Source: an uncultured Prevotella sp.
Lineage (GTDB): Bacteria; Bacteroidota; Bacteroidia; Bacteroidales; Bacteroidaceae
DNA length: 64,000 nt
Assembly (NCBI GenBank): GCA_944319915.1
Contig: CALUEY010000035.1
Span: 1,163 to 65,162 of the forward strand
Direction: 5' to 3'
A program made the position numbers and the translations under genes. How positions within the stretch are numbered: position 1 is the stretch's first letter; each line of letters opens with the position of its first letter. Of the stretch, positions 43,047 to 53,507 are shown piece after piece. Under the pieces are notes generated by a model that was given only the letters and a program-made list of their open reading frames with translations, searched no databases and was not told where the DNA came from.

Positions 43047-43170
43047 CTGTCCGTCTTTTCGCTATCTGCCTGCAAAATTATTGAAAAAAATCGGAATAAT
43101 GGCACGGCGTATGGAAAAAAGAGAGTAATTTTGCAGCGTGAGACAGCCAGCAGACATATTGAGACCTCTC

Positions 43171-44346
43171 ATGGCAATCGCCGTGGCCATCATTTTGGGC
43201 GCGATAGCACCGCCAGCGAGCCGAGCACAAGGCAGCGCGGCGGACTCTGTGGAGGTTAGCCTGCTGACTTGCGCACCCGGCGATGAGGTTTACAGCCTCT
43301 ACGGCCACACGGCCCTGCGCTACCATGACCTGCGCACCGGCGGCGACTGGACGTTCAACTACGGCGTATTCAACTTCAATAAACCTTTCTTCGTGCTACG
43401 TTTCGTATTCGGGCATACCGACTACGAGTTGGGCATCATGCCTTACCAGGCATTCTGCGAGGAATACCGCAGGCACGGACGTTGGGTGGTAGAGCAAGTA
43501 ATAAACCTAACCCCGGAGGAGAAAAAAAAGCTCTACTATGCACTGGCCGACAACTATCGGCCCGAAAACAGGACTTACAGGTACAATTATTTTTACGATA
43601 ACTGCACCACGAGAGCGCGCGACATGATAGAGATGTGCATCGGCGGAACAATTAAATATGCCACTGCCAAGGAAACACCGCGCCCCACATATAGGCAGAT
43701 GATACACGAAAAGACCGAAGGCCACCCGTGGGCTGAATTCGGAGACGACCTCTGCATTGGCGCAAAAGCAGACATGGAGGCAGACGCCAGGCAGCAACAG
43801 TTTCTGCCGGAAAACCTCATGCGCGCTTTCGGCGAGGCCACAATAATCGACAGCAAAGGCAAGCGGCCACTCGTAAAGGAAACCCGGCTGGCCGTAGACG
43901 CCTCGCTCCCGCCAGTCAAGGGTGGCTTCCCGCTTACACCGCGCCATTGCGCGTACATACTATTATTTGCGTCTGCAACAATCGCCATAGTCGAGGCAAG
44001 GCGAAAAAAGACATTCAAGGCATGGGACATTGCACTGTTCACGTGTGTTGGCATAGCTGGAATCGTGGTGACAGCCTTGCTTTTTTCCGAGCACCCAACG
44101 ACGAGCACAAACCTCCAGGCACTCGTGCTCAACCCACTGCCGCTGTTTTTCCTGCCATCGATAGCAAGGAGAAAGCCGACATTCTGGCGCATCTTCGCCG
44201 TTCTGACGGCTTTGTTCCTCATAGGCGCACTGTTCCAAGACTACGCCGACGGAATGGTGATTGTGGCACTATGTTTGCTGACAAGGTGTGCGGCAAACCT
44301 TGCGCCAGCACGTAAACAACACAAACAAAGAACTAACAAAGCATGA
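43171..44346 (+). CDS. DUF4105 protein, probable lipoprotein N-acyltransferase Lnb (start may be GTG 43138)
   Basis: SLLTCAPG, YGHTALR, FNYGVF, YNYFYDNCTTR (His/Cys) plus C-terminal TMs. Confidence 0.8.
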   Translation: MAIAVAIILGAIAPPASRAQGSAADSVEVSLLTCAPGDEVYSLYGHTALRYHDLRTGGDWTFNYGVFNFNKPFFVLRFVFGHTDYELGIMPYQAFCEEYRRHGRWVVEQVINLTPEEKKKLYYALADNYRPENRTYRYNYFYDNCTTRARDMIEMCIGGTIKYATAKETPRPTYRQMIHEKTEGHPWAEFGDDLCIGAKADMEADARQQQFLPENLMRAFGEATIIDSKGKRPLVKETRLAVDASLPPVKGGFPLTPRHCAYILLFASATIAIVEARRKKTFKAWDIALFTCVGIAGIVVTALLFSEHPTTSTNLQALVLNPLPLFFLPSIARRKPTFWRIFAVLTALFLIGALFQDYADGMVIVALCLLTRCAANLAPARKQHKQRTNKA

Positions 44347-45917
44347 AATACAGGTACATTTCGCTGACGCTGCTCGCGGCATTCTCCACAACCGGGGGGA
44401 AAGCTGACGTGCCGCAGGCCGTGCAGTCGGCCCCAAAGCTGGTGGTGAACATCGCAATCGACCAGCTGCGGACGGACTACCTCGAAGCCTTCGCCCCACT
44501 CTACGGCCAGGAAGGCTTCCGCCTCCTGCTCACCAAAGGCAAGGTTTACGAAAATGCATCCTACCCTTTCTCCTCCATCGACCGGGCTTCGGCCATAGCC
44601 GCGATAGCCACCGGAACGACTCCTTACTACAACAGCATAGTAGGGGCACGCTGGCTCGACAAAGAGACATTGCGCCCGGTGTTTTGCGTAGACGACAGCA
44701 AGTATGGCGGATACCTGACGCAAGACTGCTCGTCGCCCAAGAACTTGCTTACGTCTACTATAGGCGACGAGCTGAAAGTGGCCACCGGCGGCGCAGCCAT
44801 TGTCTACGCCGTAGCCCCTTTCCGCGATGCGGCTGTGCTTTCGGCCGGCCATGCCGCCGATGGAGCTCTGTGGATTGACAACGACAACGGCTACTGGTGC
44901 TCTTCAAACTATTACTTCAAGAGCAACCCGTCGTGGATACAGGCATTCAACAACCTACACGCCAGAGACATAGAGGAGAACCCGTGGACACCGGCCAACC
45001 AGCTTTCGGGAAGCTTCAGTTACTTCATGGGGGGCGGCGCACAGAAGCCGTTTAAGCATACGTTCGACAGCGACCGGCGCTACCGCGAGTTCAAGGCAAG
45101 CGGCCTCGTAAACGCAAGTGTCACCGACATGGCGCTACAGTGCGTGGCCACTAACGCCATGGGGGCGGACAACGTGACCGACCTGCTCAACATAACATAC
45201 TATGCCGGCAACTTCGACCACAAGGCTGTGGCCGAGTGCCAGATGGAGATACAAGACACATACGTGCGGCTCGACGGAGAGATAGCACGGCTCGTGAAGG
45301 AGCTTGAGCGCAGGGTCGGTGCGCAGCACGTGCTCTTCGTGCTCACCAGCACGGGCTACTACGACGAGGGAAACGCCGACTACGCCAAGTACAACATACC
45401 CACCGGCACATACTACGTGAACCGCACGGCCAACCTGCTCAATATGTACTTCGGGGCATTGTGGGGGCCGGCGCAGTATGTTGAGGCATGCTTCGGCACC
45501 CAGATATTCCTTGACCACAAGCAGCTGGAGCAGAAGCGCATCAACGTTTCAATGGCCACGGAGCGCGCCCAAGAGTTCCTCACGCAGATATCGGGTGTGC
45601 GCAACGTCTACACATCGCAGCAATTGCTGTCGAGCGGCAACCAGCACATATACAAGATACGCAACGGTTACAACCCCGAACGCAACGGAGACATACTCAT
45701 CGAGGTGGCACCTGGGTGGCAGGTTCTTAACGAAACCAGCCTCAAGACCCACCTGTCGCGCGCTTCGTTCACACAATTCCCAATAATAATCTACGGAGCT
45801 GGCACCAAAGCCGAACGCCTGCCAGACCACGTAACCACCGACCGTATAGCCCCGACGATATCGAAGGCCATACGCATACGCGCTCCCAACGCCTGCTCGG
45901 CGGAGCCTCTTTTCTGA
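44343..45917 (+). CDS. Alkaline phosphatase/PafA-family protein
   Basis: PKLVVNIAIDQLRTDYL, TGTTP, STIGDELK. Confidence 0.85.
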   Translation: MKYRYISLTLLAAFSTTGGKADVPQAVQSAPKLVVNIAIDQLRTDYLEAFAPLYGQEGFRLLLTKGKVYENASYPFSSIDRASAIAAIATGTTPYYNSIVGARWLDKETLRPVFCVDDSKYGGYLTQDCSSPKNLLTSTIGDELKVATGGAAIVYAVAPFRDAAVLSAGHAADGALWIDNDNGYWCSSNYYFKSNPSWIQAFNNLHARDIEENPWTPANQLSGSFSYFMGGGAQKPFKHTFDSDRRYREFKASGLVNASVTDMALQCVATNAMGADNVTDLLNITYYAGNFDHKAVAECQMEIQDTYVRLDGEIARLVKELERRVGAQHVLFVLTSTGYYDEGNADYAKYNIPTGTYYVNRTANLLNMYFGALWGPAQYVEACFGTQIFLDHKQLEQKRINVSMATERAQEFLTQISGVRNVYTSQQLLSSGNQHIYKIRNGYNPERNGDILIEVAPGWQVLNETSLKTHLSRASFTQFPIIIYGAGTKAERLPDHVTTDRIAPTISKAIRIRAPNACSAEPLF

Positions 45918-46013
45918 CGCCATGACGCTTTGTGGGCATTATGCCAATCCGCCCGAAAAAGCGACGGCTGCCAAGTTTCACGGCCCCATGGCAAAGGCAG
46001 GCATCTTCACCTA

Positions 46014-46180
46014 AGCTGAATTTGTTTACAACGGCACAACCCATTGCCCAACAACGGCCTTTCGGCTTTACAAAACAGGCTGTTTGGAACGGCTAAACGG
46101 CACTTTTGACAATGCGAAACGGCCCTTCCTGCAAGGCGGAAACACCGCCAAACACAAGCCCTTGAGCCTCAACGGCATAC
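46014..46180 (-). repeat. Dispersed 22-bp-phased element, copy D
   Basis: GTTTACA 46024-46030; cores at 46051, 46073, 46095, 46117, (46139); 27-bp dyad 46154-46180. Confidence 0.85.
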
Positions 46181-46429
46181 AAACTTGGCGCAAAGGATGG
46201 GGAAAGAGGTTTCAAGATGTAAAAAAACTTTTACAGTAAACGGGAGCCTTTACAGGTAGCATTGCCGCCATGGAGAGAGCCATGCTAAATAAAAAATGCC
46301 CTTAAACGGAGCAAACAACGAATCGAGAAACAATTTAAAACGACTCGCTGCAAGCATTTAACAAAAAAGATGTAAATTTGCAGACGATAGTCGCCAAGTT
46401 AAAAACAGAAAATAAAAAAACAACATAAA

Positions 46430-49400
46430 ATGAACTTCAACAAACTTTTAAAGTCGCTGTTCGGTGACAAATCAAGCAGAGACATGAAGCTGATCCAGCC
46501 AATCGTGGAAAAAGTCAAGGCCGTATACCCGGAGGTGGAGAAGCTTAGCAACGACTCGCTGCGCGCGCGCACCCAGCAGATAAGGCAGGAGGTGCAGGGC
46601 GCAGCCCAAAGCCAGAAAGACCAGATTGCCGAACTAAAGGCGAAAATCGAAGACACCCCGATAGACGAGCGCGAGGAAATCTTCAACAAGGTGGACAAGC
46701 TCGAAAAGGAAATACTCGACATCTACGAGCAGAAACTCAACGAGGTGCTGCCCGAGGTGTTCGCCATAGTGAAGGAAACGGCGCGCCGCTTCGCACAGAA
46801 CGAGGAGACCATAGTGACCGCAACCGACTTCGACCGCGAGCTGGCAGCCGACCCGCGCAAGGACTTCATCACCATCGAAGGCGACATGGCCGTATACCAC
46901 AACCATTGGACGGCTGGAGGCAACGACCTCAAGTGGGAGATGGTGCACTACGACGTGCAGCTCTTCGGTGGCGTGGTGCTTCACCAAGGCAAGATAGCCG
47001 AGATGGCCACCGGAGAGGGAAAGACTCTCGTGGCCACGCTACCGGTGTTCCTCAACGCACTGACCGGCAACGGCGTACACGTGGTTACGGTGAACGACTA
47101 CCTTGCAAAGCGCGACTCTGAGTGGATGGGGCCGCTCTATGAGTTCCACGGCCTGTCGGTAGACTGCATAGACAAGCACCAACCCAACTCGCCCGAAAGG
47201 CGCAAGGCCTACCAAGCCGACATCACCTTCGGCACCAACAACGAGTTCGGCTTCGACTACCTTCGCGACAACATGGCCCTCTCGCCTGCCGACCTCGTGC
47301 AGCGGGCGCACAACTACGCAATCGTGGACGAGGTGGACTCCGTGCTCATCGACGACGCCCGGACACCTCTCATCATATCCGGGCCGGTGCCAAAGGGCGA
47401 CGTGCAGATGTTCGAAGAATACCAGCCGCTCGTGGAAAGGCTCGTTGACGTGCAGCGAAGGCTCGCCACACAGTACCTCGCCGACGCCAAACAGAAGATA
47501 AGCGAGGGCCGCGCCAAGAACGACCAAAAGCTCCTTGACGAGGGTTTCCTGTCGCTCTACCGCTCGCACAAGGCCCTGCCAAAGAACAAACCGCTCATAA
47601 AGTATCTCTCTGAGGAAGGAATCAAGGCCGGAATGCTGAAGACCGAGGAGATATACATGGAGAACAACAACCGCCGTATGCCTGAGGCCGTAGAGCCGCT
47701 GTACTTCGTGGTTGACGAGAAGCTGAACTCATGCGACCTCACTGACAAGGGTACCGACTGGCTGGCAGGCCAGGTGAACGATGCCGCCCTGTTCGTGCTG
47801 CCCGACATAACATCGCAGCTATCAGCGCTGGAGGCCGAGACCAACATCACAGATCAGGAACGGCTCGACAAGAAAGACGAGCTGCTCAACCACTACGCCG
47901 TGCAGAGCGAGCGCGTACATACGCTGCAGCAACTGCTCAAGGCCTACACGATGTTCAACAAGGACGACGAATACGTAGTAATCGACGGGGAGGTGAAGAT
48001 CGTAGACGAGCAGACAGGCCGCATCATGGAAGGTCGCCGCTGGAGCGACGGACTGCACCAGGCAATCGAAGCCAAGGAGCACGTCAAGGTGGAAGCGGCC
48101 ACGCAGACCTTCGCCACCATAACGCTGCAGAACTACTTCCGAATGTACCACAAGCTGGCGGGAATGACCGGTACGGCATCAACAGAATCAGGAGAGTTCT
48201 GGGACATCTACAAGCTCGACGTGGTGGAGATACCCACCAACCGCCCCGTAATCCGTCAGGACATGGACGACCGCGTATATAAGACTGCCCGCGAGAAGTA
48301 CAACGCCGTGATAGAGGAAATTGTAAAGATGCGCAACAGCGGGCGGCCGTGCCTCGTGGGCACCACCTCCGTGGAGATATCCGAACTGCTCTCAAAGATG
48401 CTCGATATGCGCAAGATACCCCACCAGGTGCTCAACGCCAAGCTCCACCAGAAGGAAGCCGACATCGTTGCGCAGGCCGGACAGAGCACAAACGGCCTCG
48501 GTGCCGTAACCATAGCCACCAACATGGCTGGCCGAGGCACCGACATCAAGCTCTCGCCTGAGGTGAAGGCAGCCGGCGGACTGGCAATCATTGGCACCGA
48601 GAGGCATGAGAGCCGCCGCGTTGACCGCCAGCTCAGAGGCCGCGCAGGCCGCCAGGGCGACCCTGGCTCGTCGGTGTTCTACGTATCGCTCGAAGACAAG
48701 CTCATGCGACTCTTCGGCTCGGAGCGCATCGCGAAGTTGATGGACAAGTTCGGCTTCAAGGAGGGCGACATGATAGAAAACCCCATGATATCGAACAGCA
48801 TCGAGCGTGCGCAGAAGAAAGTGGAGGAAAACAACTTCGGCATACGCAAGCGCCTGCTCGAATACGACGACGTGATGAACAAGCAGCGAACCGTGGTCTA
48901 CGAAAAGCGCCGCCACGCCTTGATGGGCGAACGCATCGGCATGGACATATCCAACATCATCTGGGACCGCGTTGTCAGCATCATCGAGCAGAACGACTAC
49001 GAGGGTTGCAAGGAAGAATTCCTAAAGATACTGGCCATGGAAGTGCCTTTCACTGACCTGCAATTCACCAACGAGAAGCACGAAGACCTTGCTGAAAGTG
49101 CTTTCCAAATGGCCATGGCCGACTTCAAGCGCAAGACGGAGCGCATACAGGCAGTGGCCTGGCCCATCGTCAAGCAGGTCTACGAGACTCAAGGAACAAT
49201 GTACGAGCGCATCATGGTGCCCATCACCGACGGCCGCAGGATATACAACATACCTTGCGACCTCAAGGAAGCCTACGAGTCGGAGTGCAAGAGTGTGGTA
49301 AAGCAATTTGAGAAAGTGATACTCCTCCACATCATCGATGACTGCTGGAAAGAGAACCTACGCGAGCTTGACGAACTGAAGCACAGCGTGCAGAACGCAT

Positions 49401-49771
49401 CATACGAGCAGAAAGACCCATTGCTCATCTTCAAGCTCGAAAGCGTGAAGCTATTCGACAGCATGGTGAACACCATGAACAACCGCATCACCGGAATACT
49501 GATGCGTGGCGCAATACCCGAGATGCAGCAATCCGTGCAGGAGGCAGCACCCGAGGAACAGCAGCCCAAACCGCAATACACAGAGTCGAAGCGCGACCTC
49601 AGCGAGGAACAGCTAACCGACCCCAACCAGGCTGCGGCTGCCGCCCATGACACAAGGGAACGCCAACAGCACACCCCAATCGTAAAGGACAAGCTGCCGG
49701 GCCGCAACGACCCATGCCCATGCGGCAGCGGCAAGAAGTTCAAGAACTGCCACGGGCGCGGCCTCGTTTAA
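46430..49771 (+). CDS. secA: Preprotein translocase subunit SecA
   Basis: [48 protein letters not shown]; TAAATTTG at 46373-46380. Confidence 0.98.
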   Translation: MNFNKLLKSLFGDKSSRDMKLIQPIVEKVKAVYPEVEKLSNDSLRARTQQIRQEVQGAAQSQKDQIAELKAKIEDTPIDEREEIFNKVDKLEKEILDIYEQKLNEVLPEVFAIVKETARRFAQNEETIVTATDFDRELAADPRKDFITIEGDMAVYHNHWTAGGNDLKWEMVHYDVQLFGGVVLHQGKIAEMATGEGKTLVATLPVFLNALTGNGVHVVTVNDYLAKRDSEWMGPLYEFHGLSVDCIDKHQPNSPERRKAYQADITFGTNNEFGFDYLRDNMALSPADLVQRAHNYAIVDEVDSVLIDDARTPLIISGPVPKGDVQMFEEYQPLVERLVDVQRRLATQYLADAKQKISEGRAKNDQKLLDEGFLSLYRSHKALPKNKPLIKYLSEEGIKAGMLKTEEIYMENNNRRMPEAVEPLYFVVDEKLNSCDLTDKGTDWLAGQVNDAALFVLPDITSQLSALEAETNITDQERLDKKDELLNHYAVQSERVHTLQQLLKAYTMFNKDDEYVVIDGEVKIVDEQTGRIMEGRRWSDGLHQAIEAKEHVKVEAATQTFATITLQNYFRMYHKLAGMTGTASTESGEFWDIYKLDVVEIPTNRPVIRQDMDDRVYKTAREKYNAVIEEIVKMRNSGRPCLVGTTSVEISELLSKMLDMRKIPHQVLNAKLHQKEADIVAQAGQSTNGLGAVTIATNMAGRGTDIKLSPEVKAAGGLAIIGTERHESRRVDRQLRGRAGRQGDPGSSVFYVSLEDKLMRLFGSERIAKLMDKFGFKEGDMIENPMISNSIERAQKKVEENNFGIRKRLLEYDDVMNKQRTVVYEKRRHALMGERIGMDISNIIWDRVVSIIEQNDYEGCKEEFLKILAMEVPFTDLQFTNEKHEDLAESAFQMAMADFKRKTERIQAVAWPIVKQVYETQGTMYERIMVPITDGRRIYNIPCDLKEAYESECKSVVKQFEKVILLHIIDDCWKENLRELDELKHSVQNASYEQKDPLLIFKLESVKLFDSMVNTMNNRITGILMRGAIPEMQQSVQEAAPEEQQPKPQYTESKRDLSEEQLTDPNQAAAAAHDTRERQQHTPIVKDKLPGRNDPCPCGSGKKFKNCHGRGLV

Positions 49772-49781
49772 GCAGCTTCGC

Positions 49782-49820
49782 AATGGCGTTTGGCTCTCTT
49801 GTCGAGCCAAACGCCATTTT
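49782..49820 (+). terminator. Terminator after secA
   Basis: AATGGCGTTTGGCTC / GAGCCAAACGCCATT plus TT. Confidence 0.85.
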
Positions 49821-49912
49821 CTTGCATCATGACCCTTACCTGGCAACCCGACAAACAGTCTCCTAAGGCAAGTAGCAGCAAGCCCGCCACTACCTACAAG
49901 AACACCTTGAGC

Positions 49913-50653
49913 ATGATAAGCATAGACAACCTGACAAAAAGATACGGCGAAACGACCGCCTGCGACATACCGAAACTGACCATACCCGACGGCGAAATAG
50001 TAGGCCTTGTGGGCAACAATGGGGCCGGGAAGACCACGCTGTTCCGCCTGATGCTCGACCTCGCAAAAGCCGACACAGGGCAAATAACCACCACACCGCC
50101 ACACAACGACGGAACAAATGCACCGCTCCCCATGCCAATCAACGTTGCAAGAAGCGAAAGCTGGAAAGCATTCACCGGGGCATACCTCAACGAAAGCTTC
50201 CTCATCGACTACCTTACGCCAGAAGAATACTTCAACTTCCTCGCCAAGATTTCGGGCACAAGCAGCAGCGAAATGGCCAAGAAACTCACGCAGTTCGACA
50301 CATTTGCCGATGGCGAAGTGCTCGGGCAAGGCAAGCTAATACGCGACCTCTCAGCAGGAAACAGGCAGAAAGTGGGCATAATGGCAGCCCTGGCAGGAGG
50401 CCCCTCGGTCGTAATCCTCGACGAACCGTTTAACTTCTTAGACCCGCAAAGCCAGAACCGCCTGAAGAAACTGCTCAAGCAATACAACCGTGAAACCGGC
50501 GCAACAATACTGATAAGCAGCCACAATCTCGCCCACACCATCGACATAAGCACCCGCATCATCTTGCTCGAAAGCGGAAAGATAATCCGTGACATACCAA
50601 ATAATGATGAAGCGGCAGCCCGCGAACTTGACAAATACTTTGACGCAGAGTGA
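49913..50653 (+). CDS. ABC transporter ATP-binding protein
   Basis: GNNGAGKTT, LSAGNRQK, ILDEP, SSH. Confidence 0.92.
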   Translation: MISIDNLTKRYGETTACDIPKLTIPDGEIVGLVGNNGAGKTTLFRLMLDLAKADTGQITTTPPHNDGTNAPLPMPINVARSESWKAFTGAYLNESFLIDYLTPEEYFNFLAKISGTSSSEMAKKLTQFDTFADGEVLGQGKLIRDLSAGNRQKVGIMAALAGGPSVVILDEPFNFLDPQSQNRLKKLLKQYNRETGATILISSHNLAHTIDISTRIILLESGKIIRDIPNNDEAAARELDKYFDAE

Positions 50654-50750
50654 CTCCCATGCCCATTTATAGGTATTTTACCAAAAACAAGCAGATGCCA
50701 TTCGTATTTCTTACGGCTTATTTGTAATTTTGCATCACAATTGCAGAAAC

Positions 50751-53303
50751 ATGAGACTTTCAGAACTAAAGACAGGAGAATACGGGGTCATCGTCAAGGT
50801 GCTCGGCCATGGCGGATTCCGCAAGCGCATCGTGGAGATGGGCTTCATAAAGGGCAAGGTGGTTGAGGTGCTGCTCAACGCCCCGCTACAAGACCCCGTG
50901 AAGTACAAGATAATGGGATACGAGGTTTCGCTGCGCCACAACGAGGCCGAAATGATTGAAATCATATCGCCTGAGGAAGCCAAACTATTGGAAAAAGATG
51001 GTGCTGGCGCAGACTTCAATCGCCCTGAAATTTCGACAGAGAATGACGGATACACACGCCAACTAACAGACCAGCAACTGCACGATGCAGCCATGAAAAA
51101 GCGCAGGACTATCAACGTGGCACTCGTGGGAAACCCCAACTGCGGCAAGACATCGCTATTCAACTTCGCCTCCGGGGCTCACGAACGTGTCGGCAACTAC
51201 TCTGGCGTAACCGTAGACGCCAAGGAAGGACATGCCGAATTTGAGGGTTACACATTCAACCTCGTAGACCTGCCTGGCACATACTCGCTCTCCGCCTACT
51301 GCCCGGAAGAGCTTTACGTGCGCCGCCAGATAATAGACAAGACACCAGACGTGGTAATCAACGTGATCGACTCCAGCAACCTGGAGCGCAACCTCTACCT
51401 AACAACCCAGCTCGTTGACATGAACCTGCGAATGGTTTGCGCCCTGAATATGTTCGACGAGTTCGAAAAGCGCGGCGACAAGCTCGACTACAACAAGTTG
51501 GGGCAACTTTTCGGAGTTCCGATGGTGCCAACGGTGTTCAAGACCGGCAAAGGGGTAGACCTGCTCTTCCACATAATCATCAACCTTTACGAGGGAGTAG
51601 ACTTCATCGACAAGGACGGCAACATTAACCCCGAAGTGGCAGCCGAGATACAAAACTGGCACAAAGACTACGAAACTAAGCACGAGCTTGACCACACGGA
51701 GGACTTTGCCCATGGCGCAAAGCCCAACAACAGCGTGTTCCGCCACGTACACCTCAACCACGGCAAACTGCTTGAGGAAAGCATAGAAGCCATAAAGCGC
51801 GAGGTGCAGAAAGACGAGGACATCCGCCACAAATATTCCACCCGATACCTTGCCATAAAGCTCCTCGAGGGAGACAAGGCCACAGAGGAGGCCGTGGCCA
51901 AGCTTCCCAATGCCAAGGAAATAATCAAAGTGCGCGATGGCGAGGCCCGCAGGATACTCGAAGAGACAAAGGAAGACTCCGAGACAGCCATAATGGATGC
52001 CAAGTACGGCCTTATCCACGGTGCGCTGAAAGAGGCAGGTTTCGAGGAAGGCAACAAGCAAGACACGTACCAACTGACGCACTTCATCGACAAGATAATA
52101 ACCAACAAGTACGCTGGTTTCCCCATCTTCTTCCTCATGCTGTACGTCATGTTCGAGGTGACTTTCACCCTCGGGCAATATCCCATGGACTGGATTGAGG
52201 CAGGCGTTGGCGCGCTCGGCGAGTGGGTAAGCTCAACCCTGCCCGACGGCCCGCTCAAGGCGATGCTTGCAGATGGCGTGATAGGCGGCGTAGGTGCGGT
52301 GATAGTGTTCCTCCCACAAATCCTTATCCTTTACGCCTTCATCTCGTTCATGGAAGACTCCGGCTACATGGCACGCGCAGCTTTCATCATGGACAAGCTC
52401 ATGCACAAGATGGGGCTGCACGGCAAGTCGTTCATACCGCTCATCATGGGCTTCGGCTGCAACGTGCCTGCCGTCATGGCCACACGCACCATCGAGAGCC
52501 GCCGCTCGCGCCTCATCACCATGCTTATACTGCCGATGATGAGCTGCTCGGCGCGCCTCCCCATCTACATAATGATTACCGGAACGTTCTTCGCCTTGCG
52601 CTACCAGAGCCTCATCATGATATCGCTTTACGCCATAGGCATACTCATGGCCGTCATCGTGAGCCGTGTGCTCAGCCGGTGGCTCATACGTGGCGAGGAC
52701 ACACCGTTCGTCATGGAGCTGCCTCCATACCGTTTCCCCACGGCCAAGGCCATTGGCCGGCACACATGGGAGAAAGGCAAGCAATACCTCAAGAAGATGG
52801 GAGGCATAATCCTCTTTGCAAGCATCATAGTATGGGCCTTGGGCTACTATCCACACAATGACAGCCTCACGCCACAGCAGCAAAAGGAACAGAGCTACAT
52901 AGGCAGCATAGGCAAGGCCATCGAGCCTGTGTTCCGCGCCCAAGGCTTCGACTGGAAGCTCGACGTAGGCCTCGTGGCTGGCGTTGGCGCAAAGGAGATT
53001 GTGGCTTCAACGATGGGCGTACTGTACAGCGGCGACGAAAGTGTGGCCGACGACACTGCCGAGGACAACTCGTCTAAATACGCCGCCCTTTACGAGAAGA
53101 TGGCTGCCGACGGCATTACGCCCCTCATAGCCTTCTGCTATCTCATCTTCGTACTGCTCTACTTCCCGTGCCTGGCCACCATTGCTGCCATAAAGGGCGA
53201 AAGCGGCTCGTGGAAGTGGGCAACCTTCGCGGCAGTATACACAACGGCGCTGGCCTGGGCAGTGTCGGCACTTGTCTACCAAATAGGCAGCATCTTCGTT
53301 TAG
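50751..53303 (+). CDS. feoB: Ferrous iron transporter, FeoA-FeoB fusion
   Basis: N-terminal FeoA (MGF..G..VE...APLQDP); GNPNCGKT, DLPGTYSL, GFGCNVP, MSCSARLP; TAATTTTG at 50725-50732. Confidence 0.96.
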   Translation: MRLSELKTGEYGVIVKVLGHGGFRKRIVEMGFIKGKVVEVLLNAPLQDPVKYKIMGYEVSLRHNEAEMIEIISPEEAKLLEKDGAGADFNRPEISTENDGYTRQLTDQQLHDAAMKKRRTINVALVGNPNCGKTSLFNFASGAHERVGNYSGVTVDAKEGHAEFEGYTFNLVDLPGTYSLSAYCPEELYVRRQIIDKTPDVVINVIDSSNLERNLYLTTQLVDMNLRMVCALNMFDEFEKRGDKLDYNKLGQLFGVPMVPTVFKTGKGVDLLFHIIINLYEGVDFIDKDGNINPEVAAEIQNWHKDYETKHELDHTEDFAHGAKPNNSVFRHVHLNHGKLLEESIEAIKREVQKDEDIRHKYSTRYLAIKLLEGDKATEEAVAKLPNAKEIIKVRDGEARRILEETKEDSETAIMDAKYGLIHGALKEAGFEEGNKQDTYQLTHFIDKIITNKYAGFPIFFLMLYVMFEVTFTLGQYPMDWIEAGVGALGEWVSSTLPDGPLKAMLADGVIGGVGAVIVFLPQILILYAFISFMEDSGYMARAAFIMDKLMHKMGLHGKSFIPLIMGFGCNVPAVMATRTIESRRSRLITMLILPMMSCSARLPIYIMITGTFFALRYQSLIMISLYAIGILMAVIVSRVLSRWLIRGEDTPFVMELPPYRFPTAKAIGRHTWEKGKQYLKKMGGIILFASIIVWALGYYPHNDSLTPQQQKEQSYIGSIGKAIEPVFRAQGFDWKLDVGLVAGVGAKEIVASTMGVLYSGDESVADDTAEDNSSKYAALYEKMAADGITPLIAFCYLIFVLLYFPCLATIAAIKGESGSWKWATFAAVYTTALAWAVSALVYQIGSIFV

Positions 53304-53313
53304 CCCCAAGCCC

Positions 53314-53371
53314 GCCCACCGTCCATCCATGGCCATGCAGCGCGGCACATGGCCATGGATGGACGGTGGGC
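53314..53371. repeat. Perfect 24-bp inverted repeat after feoB
   Basis: GCCCACCGTCCATCCATGGCCATG - 10 nt - CATGGCCATGGATGGACGGTGGGC. Confidence 0.9.
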
Positions 53372-53507
53372 ATCCAGCCAGCGGAATGCTTGAAGCCATG
53401 CGGCATCAATGCAAAAAATTGCCTAACAAAAGCAAAAAAGCCCGCCCATTTTCTGATATTACGGGGCATTTAAGTATCTTTGCGAAGACGATCAAATATA
53501 GAATGAC

